64,000 bases of DNA from the IMG/VR virus record IMGVR_UViG_3300049857_000028, positions 7,023 through 71,022 of that record; one strand, 5' to 3'. The notes below the pieces were generated by a model. That model was given only the letters and a program-made list of their open reading frames with translations. It searched no databases and was not told the origin of the DNA. How positions within the stretch are numbered: position 1 is the first letter of the stretch; each line of letters starts with the position of its first letter. Source of the DNA: a virus (Duplodnaviria; Caudoviricetes). Shown here one piece after another: positions 1 to 9,207 of the stretch. Made by a program: the position numbers and the translations under genes.

Positions 1-1005
1 CAATTATTAACAACTGCCTCAATTTCGTTAAAGAATTATAGTAAAAGTAAAGCAGGGCATATCGCTGCCTATCATCATACTATCGGAGCGGTTATAGTTG
101 AGGTAGATGGAGATATTTTTTGGACGAGAACAATTGAGGCGAATGAAGATGATGGCTCTTTTTGTGATCTCGATAAGTTTTACTCCACAAATGAAGTACA
201 TCCTTCGAATGTTTCTGGTGTGCGTTTTGGTGATATACATAATGATTTCCTAGATCCAGATGTAAAAAAAGCTTTATGGATGGCTCCCGATTCCTTAGTG
301 AAAGTTTTAAAGCCTGAGCATCAATTTCTAGACGATGCTTTAGATTTCTATTCAGCTAATCATCATCACCGGGGAAATATTTTTACACAATTCGCTAAAA
401 GTATGAGTGGTATGGGTAATGTAGAGCATGAGCTTTTAAGATTAGTCGAAACCCATAATAATATTTGGTCTGATCCTGATGTTTATTATCACTATATTTC
501 GTCAAATCACAATGATGCTCTTACACGATGGCTTAAGGAAGCTGACCCTAAAGAAGACCCTGAAAATGCTTTGATCTACCATAAACTAATGGTTTATATG
601 TTAGAGCATACAAAGATGACGCCAAATGGAACATCAATTCCTAACCCATTAGAATATTTTATGAAGGAAAGAATTAAGAATCCTGATAAGACATTCTTCC
701 ATTCTCGTGATTCCAAAGTATTGCTTCAAGAGATTGATATGTCTCAGCATGGGGATCGGGGGCCTAATGGGTCTTTTGGCACTATGAAAGCTTTTGCTAA
801 CAGTGGATACAAAGTAACTATTGGACATCTCCATACTCCCGGTATGGAAAAAGGTTGTAATCAAACCGGGACCTGTAGTAGACTTAAGTTAGAATATGTT
901 TCTGGTTACTCCAGTTGGGCTCATACTCAAGAGATTATCTATCAAAATGGCGCTAGAACTCTGATCACTGTAGTTAAAGGGAGATGGAGATTGGCTGATG
1001 TCTGA
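1..1005 (+). CDS. Metallophosphoesterase-like (calcineurin-like) phage protein, 5' truncated by the window
   Basis: Frame 1 is open from base 1 (QLLTTASISLKNYSKSKAGH...). Motifs GDIH, SNHND and GHLHTPG. Confidence 0.65.
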   Translation, partial: QLLTTASISLKNYSKSKAGHIAAYHHTIGAVIVEVDGDIFWTRTIEANEDDGSFCDLDKFYSTNEVHPSNVSGVRFGDIHNDFLDPDVKKALWMAPDSLVKVLKPEHQFLDDALDFYSANHHHRGNIFTQFAKSMSGMGNVEHELLRLVETHNNIWSDPDVYYHYISSNHNDALTRWLKEADPKEDPENALIYHKLMVYMLEHTKMTPNGTSIPNPLEYFMKERIKNPDKTFFHSRDSKVLLQEIDMSQHGDRGPNGSFGTMKAFANSGYKVTIGHLHTPGMEKGCNQTGTCSRLKLEYVSGYSSWAHTQEIIYQNGARTLITVVKGRWRLADV

Positions 1006-1207
1006 TTGCTGTAAATCTACACCTTTTCAAAACGAACTTGAAAAGATTATGGAGAAAGCTAATCTAGATACATTTAATAAAGATGTATTGAATGTTTTAT
1101 ACTGTATTCAAGCAATTCAGATGACTGCTGGAAGAGAAGCTGCTGATGAATTAAGAAAGCAAATTACAGGATTTATTTTAGACGAAACCTACCCGGATTG
1201 GCAATGA
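998..1207 (+). CDS. Hypothetical protein
   Basis: 69-aa ORF overlapping both neighbours in an operon-like arrangement. Confidence 0.6.
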   Translation: MSDCCKSTPFQNELEKIMEKANLDTFNKDVLNVLYCIQAIQMTAGREAADELRKQITGFILDETYPDWQ

Positions 1208-1350
1208 AAAGATTTAAAAAGTCAAACCGTAATAAATATGCGATTAGTGCTCAGTTTAGAAATTCTGCGGGCGCTATGAAGGATAAAAAGTATGATAAAA
1301 AACTAAACCGAAAACGGGCTAGAGAAGAAGAGAAAGATGATCAAATGTAA
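1204..1350 (+). CDS. Small basic hypothetical protein (48 aa)
   Basis: Hand-translated MKRFKKSNRNKYAISAQFRNSAGAMKDKK...; ATGA overlap with the upstream stop. Confidence 0.5.
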   Translation: MKRFKKSNRNKYAISAQFRNSAGAMKDKKYDKKLNRKRAREEEKDDQM

Positions 1351-1693
1351 TTTCGACCCGTTTGAGGATGATAATCCGAACTTATCTTTTTTATATTCAA
1401 CCGATGGGTTTATAAATAAGGAACAAGTTGAATTGATGATCAAACGATTAACTGAATATCGAAAGCTTCATAGGCACGTTCTAGGTTGCCTAAACAATGT
1501 GTCTGCTGAACATTATAAAGTATGCGATTTTGAGACTTTAAAAAAACTAAAACAACCGATACAAATTTTATTGTATGCCCGTGAAGGTTTAAAAAAAGTA
1601 GATGAATCTTTAGAAAAGGATATAGAAACGTGTCAACAATACTTGGAGATGTTAAATGGAATCGTTCCAGACAAAACTATTGAATCTGATTAG
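1337..1693 (+). CDS. Hypothetical protein
   Basis: 118-aa ORF filling the operon. Confidence 0.6.
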   Translation: MIKCNFDPFEDDNPNLSFLYSTDGFINKEQVELMIKRLTEYRKLHRHVLGCLNNVSAEHYKVCDFETLKKLKQPIQILLYAREGLKKVDESLEKDIETCQQYLEMLNGIVPDKTIESD

Positions 1694-2021
1694 TGAAACA
1701 GATCTTACTTTAGGTGAAATTTTATACTTTATGTCAACAACTATGGTTGGATTATTGGAGATGGGAGGACCTCCTCCTAAAGAAGTGGAACCTGAAATTC
1801 TTACAGTAGAACAAGCAAAGGATGTTGAGGTTTTAAAAGAAGAAAAACCTGCTCTGGATATTGCTATGTATGAACATGCTGAAGTGATTAAAAATGAAGT
1901 CATTTTAGTAGAAGGTGCAAACCCTACAGGGACTTTTAAAGACAAGAGAAACAAGGCAAAGTTATTGAAGGAAGAGACTTTTGAAGATGTTAGAAAACTC
2001 GACGATGATTCATTATTCTAA
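1656..2021 (+). CDS. Hypothetical acidic protein
   Basis: 121-aa ORF filling the operon. Confidence 0.6.
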   Translation: MESFQTKLLNLISETDLTLGEILYFMSTTMVGLLEMGGPPPKEVEPEILTVEQAKDVEVLKEEKPALDIAMYEHAEVIKNEVILVEGANPTGTFKDKRNKAKLLKEETFEDVRKLDDDSLF

Positions 2022-4293
2022 AGTAGCTGCTTTTGGTGTAAATCCTGAAGACTATATAAATATAACATTGGTAGAGACACCAACGGCGTATAAAGCTGCT
2101 ATGGAATTTTTAAAAGATTATAAAATTGTTTCTGTCGATTCAGAAACCGTGGGTTTAGATGTTCAAGATCTTTTTATGCAACAATTGGAATTGGAAAATC
2201 AATACACGGCTATGATTAACTCTGATCCAGAGTTTTACGAAAGTGGAGAAGAGTCTTTAAATGAATTGAAACGTTTACGTTCTGAATATGAATCCTACTT
2301 AAAAAATAAGTATAATTCAAAAACAACTCCGGGTGTGAATATGATACTTCCTGACGAAAGAGCAACCTTAACTCTTAGGAGGAAGGCAGTAAAAGAAGCC
2401 GAAACTACCTATACATCTATTATAAGTTGTCAAAAGTTAATTACTCAACATGAAAGACTTCAAAAGAAAATTGATCAGGATGAATCTGGCCTTAAATTCA
2501 ACCGGAATATTTTAGCTCTTGTTCAAGTAGGTACAATGGATGGGCATCAGTTCCTTATTGATCCTAGATTAATTCAGGATGATTTTAAAGAGTGGATTAA
2601 AACCCGAACCGCTATCATTGGAGCTAATTTAAAGTTTGATATGGTCCAGTTCTATTTTCACTTAGGAATCCGTTTTGATGATGCTCCTGTCGTTTGCTAT
2701 GACATTCAATTAGCGGCTAAGATGGTTAAATCTGGATTGATGAGATCTTTTAGCTTGCAGAACCTCTCGAAGGAATTTCTTGGATATTTCCAATCAAAAG
2801 AGGAAAGACTGTCTTATTGGTTGAGAAGACCCTTAACCCCTGACCAAACAAAATATGCTGCTTTAGATGTAATCACCCCTAACTTACTTTTTTATATTTT
2901 AAAACAAGAGATTAAAGAAGCTGGAGTTGAAGAGGCAACTAAACTTCAAATGGAGTTTTTAAAAGTTTTAACTAAAACAGAGATTACGGGTTTATATATT
3001 GATCTAAAAGGTATTAAGGAAATTGAAGCTACGATTGACCTTCTAGCTGAAGAAAAAAGAACAGACTTAGCAAATACTTTAGGGGATGATGTTTGGTTTA
3101 ATCCTGAAAAGGGCCATCGAGAAATCAAAAATAATAAAGATTTTGGGTCCCCTAAAGTAACTTTAGAGCAATTAAAGGCTTATGGTAAAAAGCATCGTAT
3201 AATGCCTTTGACTTTTTTATCCAGCACAAGTGCGGATGCTTTTGAGGAAATTGAAGAAGACATCCCTCTTCTTACAGATATTACTACTTTTAGATCTTTA
3301 ATGCATACTAAAAATACGTACTGTCAACCAATGTTGGATTTTAATATTGATAGTAGAATTCATTCTTCTTTTGTTCAAATTTCAAGAGAAGGAACGAGGA
3401 TGTCTTCAAATTCTCCGAATGTTCAGAACTGGCCTAGACCTTTAGAACGTCAAACTCCTGCTGAACGTTTAAGAGACCAAGCAACACCAACTCCCGGATA
3501 CAGGCTATATGATGCAGATTACGGCGCTATCGAGCTTTGTATGATCGCTTATTATAGTCAAGATTATATGATGCTCAAGGCTATTAATGAGGGTGTAGAT
3601 CTCCATGCTTTGACCGCTAATAGGATATTTAGCCTTGGTTATACTTATGAAGAATTATCCGATAAAGCCACGTTAAAAGAGTTTAAAAAGAAGTATGGAA
3701 AAGAACGCCAAATTGCGAAAACTTTTAACTTTGCTGTAGTTTATGGCGCTGGTCCTAATAAACTTAGAAAACAATTAATGATTGAAGCAAATATTTATGA
3801 TCTTTCTGAAGAAGAATTAAGAACAATGAAAGCCGAATGGTATGCATTATATCCCGGTGTACAAACATGGCAGAACAATATTCTCCATGTCGCTAAGCAC
3901 TATGGATTATGTACTACCAGAATGGGGAGGAACATTTACTTTGAAGAACCTTCTAAAGTATATTCAAAAGCATTTAATACACCTATTCAAGCATCCTGTT
4001 ACGAGGGATTACAAAAAGCCGGAATTATATTCAACCAGAAAGTTAGAAAACTTGAAGAAGAGGGTAAAATCCTCCCCGATTCGATACGAATTGTAAACTT
4101 CATTCACGATGAGTTTTTAGTTGAAGCTGCTGAAAATATTTCTGAAAAATCGGTTATTAAATTAATAAATGAGTCTATGATTGAAGGTATGCAACCTTTA
4201 ATGGAACGATATGAAACACCTGATATGATTTACGAACGGGTAAATGTTTCTGTTGATTGTTCACGGGTTGAGAAATGGGGAGACAAAGGTTGA
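1981..4293 (+). CDS. polA: Family A DNA polymerase with 3'-5' exonuclease domain
   Basis: ExoI DSETVGLD, ExoII ANLKFD, ExoIII YAALD, motif A DADYGAIEL, motif B RQIAKTFNFAVVYG, motif C HDE. Confidence 0.95.
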   Translation: MKMLENSTMIHYSKVAAFGVNPEDYINITLVETPTAYKAAMEFLKDYKIVSVDSETVGLDVQDLFMQQLELENQYTAMINSDPEFYESGEESLNELKRLRSEYESYLKNKYNSKTTPGVNMILPDERATLTLRRKAVKEAETTYTSIISCQKLITQHERLQKKIDQDESGLKFNRNILALVQVGTMDGHQFLIDPRLIQDDFKEWIKTRTAIIGANLKFDMVQFYFHLGIRFDDAPVVCYDIQLAAKMVKSGLMRSFSLQNLSKEFLGYFQSKEERLSYWLRRPLTPDQTKYAALDVITPNLLFYILKQEIKEAGVEEATKLQMEFLKVLTKTEITGLYIDLKGIKEIEATIDLLAEEKRTDLANTLGDDVWFNPEKGHREIKNNKDFGSPKVTLEQLKAYGKKHRIMPLTFLSSTSADAFEEIEEDIPLLTDITTFRSLMHTKNTYCQPMLDFNIDSRIHSSFVQISREGTRMSSNSPNVQNWPRPLERQTPAERLRDQATPTPGYRLYDADYGAIELCMIAYYSQDYMMLKAINEGVDLHALTANRIFSLGYTYEELSDKATLKEFKKKYGKERQIAKTFNFAVVYGAGPNKLRKQLMIEANIYDLSEEELRTMKAEWYALYPGVQTWQNNILHVAKHYGLCTTRMGRNIYFEEPSKVYSKAFNTPIQASCYEGLQKAGIIFNQKVRKLEEEGKILPDSIRIVNFIHDEFLVEAAENISEKSVIKLINESMIEGMQPLMERYETPDMIYERVNVSVDCSRVEKWGDKG

Positions 4294-4478
4294 AACCGGT
4301 TGATATTTATACTTGTACTTATGATAAAAGAACATTTTATTACTATCTAGATCATTTAGGAGAACATAAATTTAAAGAATTAGATCATATTCGGCTATGG
4401 TTAGAAAAAAGAAATATGTCAATTAGAGACATCGGTCCGTGTAAAACAAAAACAATGTGCTGTAAGTCAGTATTTTAA
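4275..4478 (+). CDS. Hypothetical protein
   Basis: 67-aa ORF filling the gap between polA and ruvC; start uncertain. Confidence 0.45.
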   Translation: MGRQRLKPVDIYTCTYDKRTFYYYLDHLGEHKFKELDHIRLWLEKRNMSIRDIGPCKTKTMCCKSVF

Positions 4479-4485
4479 GGAGACT

Positions 4486-5055
4486 ATGGATAACGTAAAA
4501 AAGATAGTGGCATTTGATCCCGGTTTAAATTTAGGCTGGTGTGCTTCTGACCATAAAAGAGTAATTTCAAGTGGATGCATAAAAAATGATGCCTCAAGAC
4601 CTATGCAAGAACGGCAAAATGAATTAACGGATTTTATTACTCATTTAATTTTGATAGAAAACCCTGATGTAGTTGTTGTTGAAGCTATTAATAGAGTAGC
4701 TGGATCAAGTACTGATTTAGAAAAAAATGGATCAACTTGGGCTCTTTATTGGATTTATGGGGAAATTATTAGGTTATCGGGTAAACGAAATATCCCCGTT
4801 TTTCCTATAAGCCCCTCCTCAATGAAATCGGCTGTAACGAAAGGTAAACGTGAACCTGACGCAAAGGGATTAGCCTCAAAGGAAGAGGTGATGCGGGTTG
4901 TCAAGAGTTTATATGGTGAGAGAAAAATGAGATCGGATGAATCTGATGCCATAGGTCTTGCCATTTGCTATTGGATGATCTATGATGGAGAATATACTGT
5001 GACAAAGAGTAAACCGAAGAAAAGGAAGAAAAATGCCAAGTCCAAAACGGATTGA
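4486..5055 (+). CDS. ruvC: RuvC-like Holliday junction resolvase
   Basis: VAFDPG, VVVEA and SDESDAIGLA acidic motifs; AGGAG RBS. Confidence 0.85.
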   Translation: MDNVKKIVAFDPGLNLGWCASDHKRVISSGCIKNDASRPMQERQNELTDFITHLILIENPDVVVVEAINRVAGSSTDLEKNGSTWALYWIYGEIIRLSGKRNIPVFPISPSSMKSAVTKGKREPDAKGLASKEEVMRVVKSLYGERKMRSDESDAIGLAICYWMIYDGEYTVTKSKPKKRKKNAKSKTD

Positions 5056-5245
5056 TGAATTCGTTGAAAAAATTCGTATTATTTGGAAAGAGCACCCTGA
5101 TTTTACTTTCGGGAAATTAGTTACTTTTATCTTCAATCAATATAGTAATCATTTCAGTATTTTAAACTTTATGAGAGAAGATGATGATTACTGGTTTATC
5201 TGTTTAACTTCTCTAACAGAAAAGGAAGAGAATGAAAAGGTCTGA
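5033..5245 (+). CDS. Small hypothetical protein, YihD/DUF1040-like
   Basis: PKRIDEFVEKIRIIWKEHPDFTFGKLV resembles the family pattern. Confidence 0.5.
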   Translation: MPSPKRIDEFVEKIRIIWKEHPDFTFGKLVTFIFNQYSNHFSILNFMREDDDYWFICLTSLTEKEENEKV

Positions 5246-5561
5246 ATATATTGAAGAATATTTAAAAAGATATGGTAAATCTAGCTTACCTTATTTAGCT
5301 TTTGCATTCGATATTGCAGGAGAGGTAGCTCATAAATTCTACCACTTATACACTTCAGAGACTATGCTGGATGATATTATCCAAGAGATGTTATTAGATG
5401 AAAGTATCCCGGTTGACGATTTAGATGACTTGATGCATCCTGCCTTTAAGGAAGGGTTACGGGCTGGTTTATCCGCCATGTCTTATGCATTAGAGTATGA
5501 TCATAGAAATACATCAAAATTTATTAAAGAAGCTTTTGATGAAGGAGTATCCCGTGGCTAG
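5232..5561 (+). CDS. Hypothetical protein
   Basis: 109-aa ORF in operon. Confidence 0.6.
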   Translation: MKRSEYIEEYLKRYGKSSLPYLAFAFDIAGEVAHKFYHLYTSETMLDDIIQEMLLDESIPVDDLDDLMHPAFKEGLRAGLSAMSYALEYDHRNTSKFIKEAFDEGVSRG

Positions 5562-6579
5562 ACTATCCGCATCCGGTATGAACGCTCAAGCCAAATGTGA
5601 ATTGGCTTATCATCTATCGAAATCTGAAGCTGGTAAAAAACTTAGACAGGATAATGGGATTAAATTTGCTATGGTTTTTGGTACTATTCTCCACCATGCT
5701 TGTCAAACGTATGATATTGATAGATTTACCCATAAAATTGATGTACCTAAAACTTCTGAAGAAATTCAAAAAAGATATGAGGAAGCTTGGGAATATTTTT
5801 TTACTAATGAAGCTTCAATTAAAAAAGAAAAAATAAATGAAGAACAACAGGAACTAGCGGTAAAAGTAATTCTCCCAAAACTAAAAGAATGGCTTTGGGA
5901 AGAATCAGTTAAAAAACAAGCGGAATTGTCTTATTTTCTGAAAGCTCAGCAAGACAAGATGATGTTCATCTTTATGGTTAAAAAACCTCTTTCTTGGTAT
6001 TATGAAGATGGCTTTAAGCTTTTCTATGAATATATAATGCATAATCCTCTTGATATATATGGGATACCTATTGAATTTCAGGTAGAAAAAGGGTATCCTA
6101 TTAAGTATGGGGATACTGATGATTTTCTTGGATATATCGATGAACGGTTAGTTTTTCTAATAGATGGTAAAAAAAGTATATTTCTTCGAGAATTAAAAAC
6201 ATCAGCTACCCCCTATACACCGGAAGATTGCCAAGTAGATAATCAGATGGGATTATATGTTTTTTATGAAAATATTGATACAGGAACTCCTCTTGAGGAT
6301 ATATACGTCGTTATGCACCAATTACCAACCGGCTTATGCACGATTACCCAAAGAACAGAAGAGAATCTCGACTATTTACTCCGACATGCGGAAGAGAGAT
6401 TAAGGAGACAAAATGAAGTTGACCAAGGTGTTGCTGAACCTTTACCTTCGTGCGGTACGAACTCTTTTGACCATTCTAGACTAATGTGTGATTATAAAGA
6501 TATTTGCCCGATTTGGAATCAAATTAAAAATCAACCAAAACCTATTGTACTAGGAACTCCTAAAGGAAAATCAAAATGA
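5497..6579 (+). CDS. PD-(D/E)XK nuclease (RecB/Cas4-like exonuclease)
   Basis: LSASG...C, GTILH, GYID...ELKTS, Q-x-x-x-Y, and C-terminal C...CDYKDIC; start may be a little downstream. Confidence 0.85.
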   Translation: MIIEIHQNLLKKLLMKEYPVARLSASGMNAQAKCELAYHLSKSEAGKKLRQDNGIKFAMVFGTILHHACQTYDIDRFTHKIDVPKTSEEIQKRYEEAWEYFFTNEASIKKEKINEEQQELAVKVILPKLKEWLWEESVKKQAELSYFLKAQQDKMMFIFMVKKPLSWYYEDGFKLFYEYIMHNPLDIYGIPIEFQVEKGYPIKYGDTDDFLGYIDERLVFLIDGKKSIFLRELKTSATPYTPEDCQVDNQMGLYVFYENIDTGTPLEDIYVVMHQLPTGLCTITQRTEENLDYLLRHAEERLRRQNEVDQGVAEPLPSCGTNSFDHSRLMCDYKDICPIWNQIKNQPKPIVLGTPKGKSK

Positions 6580-6776
6580 TTAATTTTAACGCAAAAGAAG
6601 TTTGTATGGTTCAAGATAATCAACAATATAAGATTTCTGTATGTTTTAATGGTGAATTTTACCAAACCCATGTATTACATCCACCTAGCCCTATGTGGAA
6701 CCTAATTGGAATCGGTAAAACTGAAACAGAAGCAATTAATAACTTAATGGATAAACTTTCCGACTTAGCGGCTTAA
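6576..6776 (+). CDS. Hypothetical protein, weakly HicB-like
   Basis: GIGKTETEAINNL pattern only. Confidence 0.4.
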   Translation: MINFNAKEVCMVQDNQQYKISVCFNGEFYQTHVLHPPSPMWNLIGIGKTETEAINNLMDKLSDLAA

Positions 6777-6793
6777 ATATTAAGGAGACAAAG

Positions 6794-7693
6794 ATGATTC
6801 AAGACCCGCCCGAGGTCATGCTAGCTAAAGCTATGGATAAACCGGTAGACTTTTACTTCGGCTGGCATATCCAAGAGAAAACTGATGGAATTAGAGCCCT
6901 TATTATAAAAGAAGGGTCTACTGTTAAAGTTTTTGGTAGAAATCAGACTAAAAAAGGTAGAGCTGATTTTACAGATTCTTTACCTGAAATTGTAGATTTC
7001 TTCAAAGAAGCTGAAGACTTTATCCTTGATTGCGAACTAATGAGTAAAGATTTTTTAACTCTTCAGACTAAAGTTAGAACGACTAAAACGGTAGTTTATG
7101 ATCCGTTTCTTTATGTAAAAGCTTTTGATATCCTCGTGGGACCTAATTTTAATGTATTTGAGTTCCCTTATTCCCATAGTGAACGTCATCAGTTATTAGA
7201 AGAGTTTGTTGCTAGTTTTGGGGAACAAACATTTTTAAGAAAGATTATTCAGGCCCCTAAACCACTTGATTCAGAGGATTACTTAAATCAATGCTTGGGA
7301 AAAGTAGTTGATAAAGGTGGGGAAGGACTTATCTTAAAGAATCCTCAAGGACTTTATCAACCGGGTAAACGTTCACCTCATTGGGTTAAAGTCCTCCCTG
7401 ATAGAGAGATGGATGTAATGTTTACCGGTGTTGTTAAAGGTGAAGGGAAGTATGGTAATACTCTAGGGGCTTTAGTTGCTCTTCCTTATGATGATTATTT
7501 AAATGCTGAAAACAAACGTCAATTCAATGTCGGGACTGGATTTGACGATGCTTTACGCAACCAAATTTGGAAAAATGCGGATGAGGAGAATTTCTTCCCC
7601 ATTCCCGGTAAAATTAAGATGAAAGATATATACCCTACGGGAATCCCCCGTATGCCGGTTTTCAAAAGCTTTAATGTGGACAAGGAGAAATAA
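6794..7693 (+). CDS. lig: ATP-dependent DNA ligase
   Basis: QEKTDGIRA (motif I), LDCEL, FDIL, EGLILK, YQPGKRSPHWVKV, and OB-fold VGTGFDD. Confidence 0.95.
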   Translation: MIQDPPEVMLAKAMDKPVDFYFGWHIQEKTDGIRALIIKEGSTVKVFGRNQTKKGRADFTDSLPEIVDFFKEAEDFILDCELMSKDFLTLQTKVRTTKTVVYDPFLYVKAFDILVGPNFNVFEFPYSHSERHQLLEEFVASFGEQTFLRKIIQAPKPLDSEDYLNQCLGKVVDKGGEGLILKNPQGLYQPGKRSPHWVKVLPDREMDVMFTGVVKGEGKYGNTLGALVALPYDDYLNAENKRQFNVGTGFDDALRNQIWKNADEENFFPIPGKIKMKDIYPTGIPRMPVFKSFNVDKEK

Positions 7694-7864
7694 ATGACTA
7701 AACTAGAATTAATGTTTTATGTTATTGCTATTCTTTTAGGCATTGGTTTATCTTATTTAGATTTTACGCCGAAACCCGCCGTAAATACTTTTGAAGATAA
7801 ACTAATTCAAAGATTGGACAGAATGAACACTATTGAGGCTCATGAAAATGTCCCTATGGGTTGA
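7694..7864 (+). CDS. Small single-pass membrane protein (56 aa)
   Basis: Hand-translated MTKLELMFYVIAILLGIGLSYLDF...; AGGAG RBS. Confidence 0.55.
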   Translation: MTKLELMFYVIAILLGIGLSYLDFTPKPAVNTFEDKLIQRLDRMNTIEAHENVPMG

Positions 7865-8480
7865 AAAGTGCTATAAAGCTTGCCATCATTTCATTTTGAA
7901 ATATACTGAGGGGTCTGAGATACCTCCTGAATGGATTGCTGGGATTATAAATGTTGAATGTGGTAGATTAGACCCTAAAGCATCACGTTTTGAACCTCAT
8001 GTATACGAGTCCATTATGTGGGTTAAAAAAGGAAACAAATCGAAGAGTTTTCCCGGATTTAACACTGGTAAAATTTATCAATATATTAGTAAAACGAATG
8101 ATGTTTCTTTACTTAAATCTTTAGCTACATCTTATGGTTTAGGTCAATTGATGGGGTATCATTATCTAGATAAATTTAATATTAAACCGGAAGAATATAT
8201 GAACCTTACCTTTGAAAGTTCAGTGAAGTATACCGTAGAATTCGCTAGAATTGGTTATAAGTTTATACACTTTCCCTATCGAGAAAAAGGAGCCCAAAAA
8301 TACTCTCCTTTTGATCAGCTCCTACGCTGGTGGAATACCGGAAGTACTACTGGAGTAACTTACAATTCAGACTATACGAAACGTGCAAATGAAGCGGCTT
8401 CACTATATAAGCAATATATGAATGAAATGGAGACAAAAGCAAATGAGCTCAAAAAAGATGACAGTGGAAAGTTCGACTGA
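7833..8480 (+). CDS. Lysozyme-fold muramidase/transglycosylase (DUF3380/SLT-like), putative endolysin
   Basis: IAGIINVECG (catalytic Glu), RFEPHVY, TSYGLGQLMGYHY, WWNTG. Confidence 0.75.
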   Translation: MRLMKMSLWVEKCYKACHHFILKYTEGSEIPPEWIAGIINVECGRLDPKASRFEPHVYESIMWVKKGNKSKSFPGFNTGKIYQYISKTNDVSLLKSLATSYGLGQLMGYHYLDKFNIKPEEYMNLTFESSVKYTVEFARIGYKFIHFPYREKGAQKYSPFDQLLRWWNTGSTTGVTYNSDYTKRANEAASLYKQYMNEMETKANELKKDDSGKFD

Positions 8481-9039
8481 TCAAGTAGAAAAACCTACAC
8501 TAATTATTTTTGCTGGAAAGATGCGATCCGGGAAAGATACTGCTGCTGGTCATTTAAGGTATCTTGTACCCTCTTTCAACCGAATGGCTTTAGCAGATAC
8601 TCTAAAGGAAATTGTAGCGAAAGTTTATGGAATTTCAGTTGATGAACTAGAAAAACGAAAAGCGGAATTTAGGGAGAAGCTTATTTTTGCTGGTCAAGTA
8701 GGTCGGGCTTTAGACCCTGATATGTGGATCAATAAACTTTCCCATAAAACTTTATTCCATAGTAACACCACGATTACCGATGTTCGATTTTTGAACGAGT
8801 TTCATTACTTTAAATCCTTGAAAAGAACGCATAATATATATACTGTTAGGGTTCATGCTATTGAGTCTATCAGAGTTAGTAGAGGGGCTCAATTACAGTT
8901 TTCCAGTGATCCTTCAGAGAAAGAACTCGATAGTATTCCAGATGCAGAGTTTGATTTTATTATTGAGAATAACCAGAATGATATATCAAATTTAGACAGA
9001 CAAGTGAGGGAGATGATCGACAAATTCGCTCTAAAATAA
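8422..9039 (+). CDS. Deoxynucleoside monophosphate kinase
   Basis: GKMRSGKDT P-loop, ALADTLK, ITDVRFLNE, SEKELD. Confidence 0.9.
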   Translation: MKWRQKQMSSKKMTVESSTDQVEKPTLIIFAGKMRSGKDTAAGHLRYLVPSFNRMALADTLKEIVAKVYGISVDELEKRKAEFREKLIFAGQVGRALDPDMWINKLSHKTLFHSNTTITDVRFLNEFHYFKSLKRTHNIYTVRVHAIESIRVSRGAQLQFSSDPSEKELDSIPDAEFDFIIENNQNDISNLDRQVREMIDKFALK

Positions 9040-9105
9040 GTTATAATATATTTGGAGCGGTGACGTTCTAGTAACAACTCTCCTTTCACTCTTTGTCTCC
9101 TATTT

Positions 9106-9131
9106 CTCCCGGCTAAATACCGGGAGTTTTC
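9106..9131 (+). terminator. Rho-independent terminator
   Basis: CTCCCGG-ctaaata-CCGGGAG followed by TTTT. Confidence 0.7.
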
Positions 9132-9152
9132 ATAAGAAATGTTACAAAAAGC

Positions 9153-9181
9153 TTGACAAAGAGATGCTCCCAAGTCATAAT
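9153..9181 (+). promoter_or_regulatory. Sigma70-type promoter
   Basis: TTGACA-N17-CATAAT upstream of the ORF at 9208. Confidence 0.75.
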
Positions 9182-9207
9182 TAGAGTATATACATATCGA
9201 GGTACAA

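Noticed and set aside
1981-4293. DpoZ-type polymerase for 2-aminoadenine DNA
   Set aside because: No purZ or datZ recognised. MazG alone is insufficient evidence.
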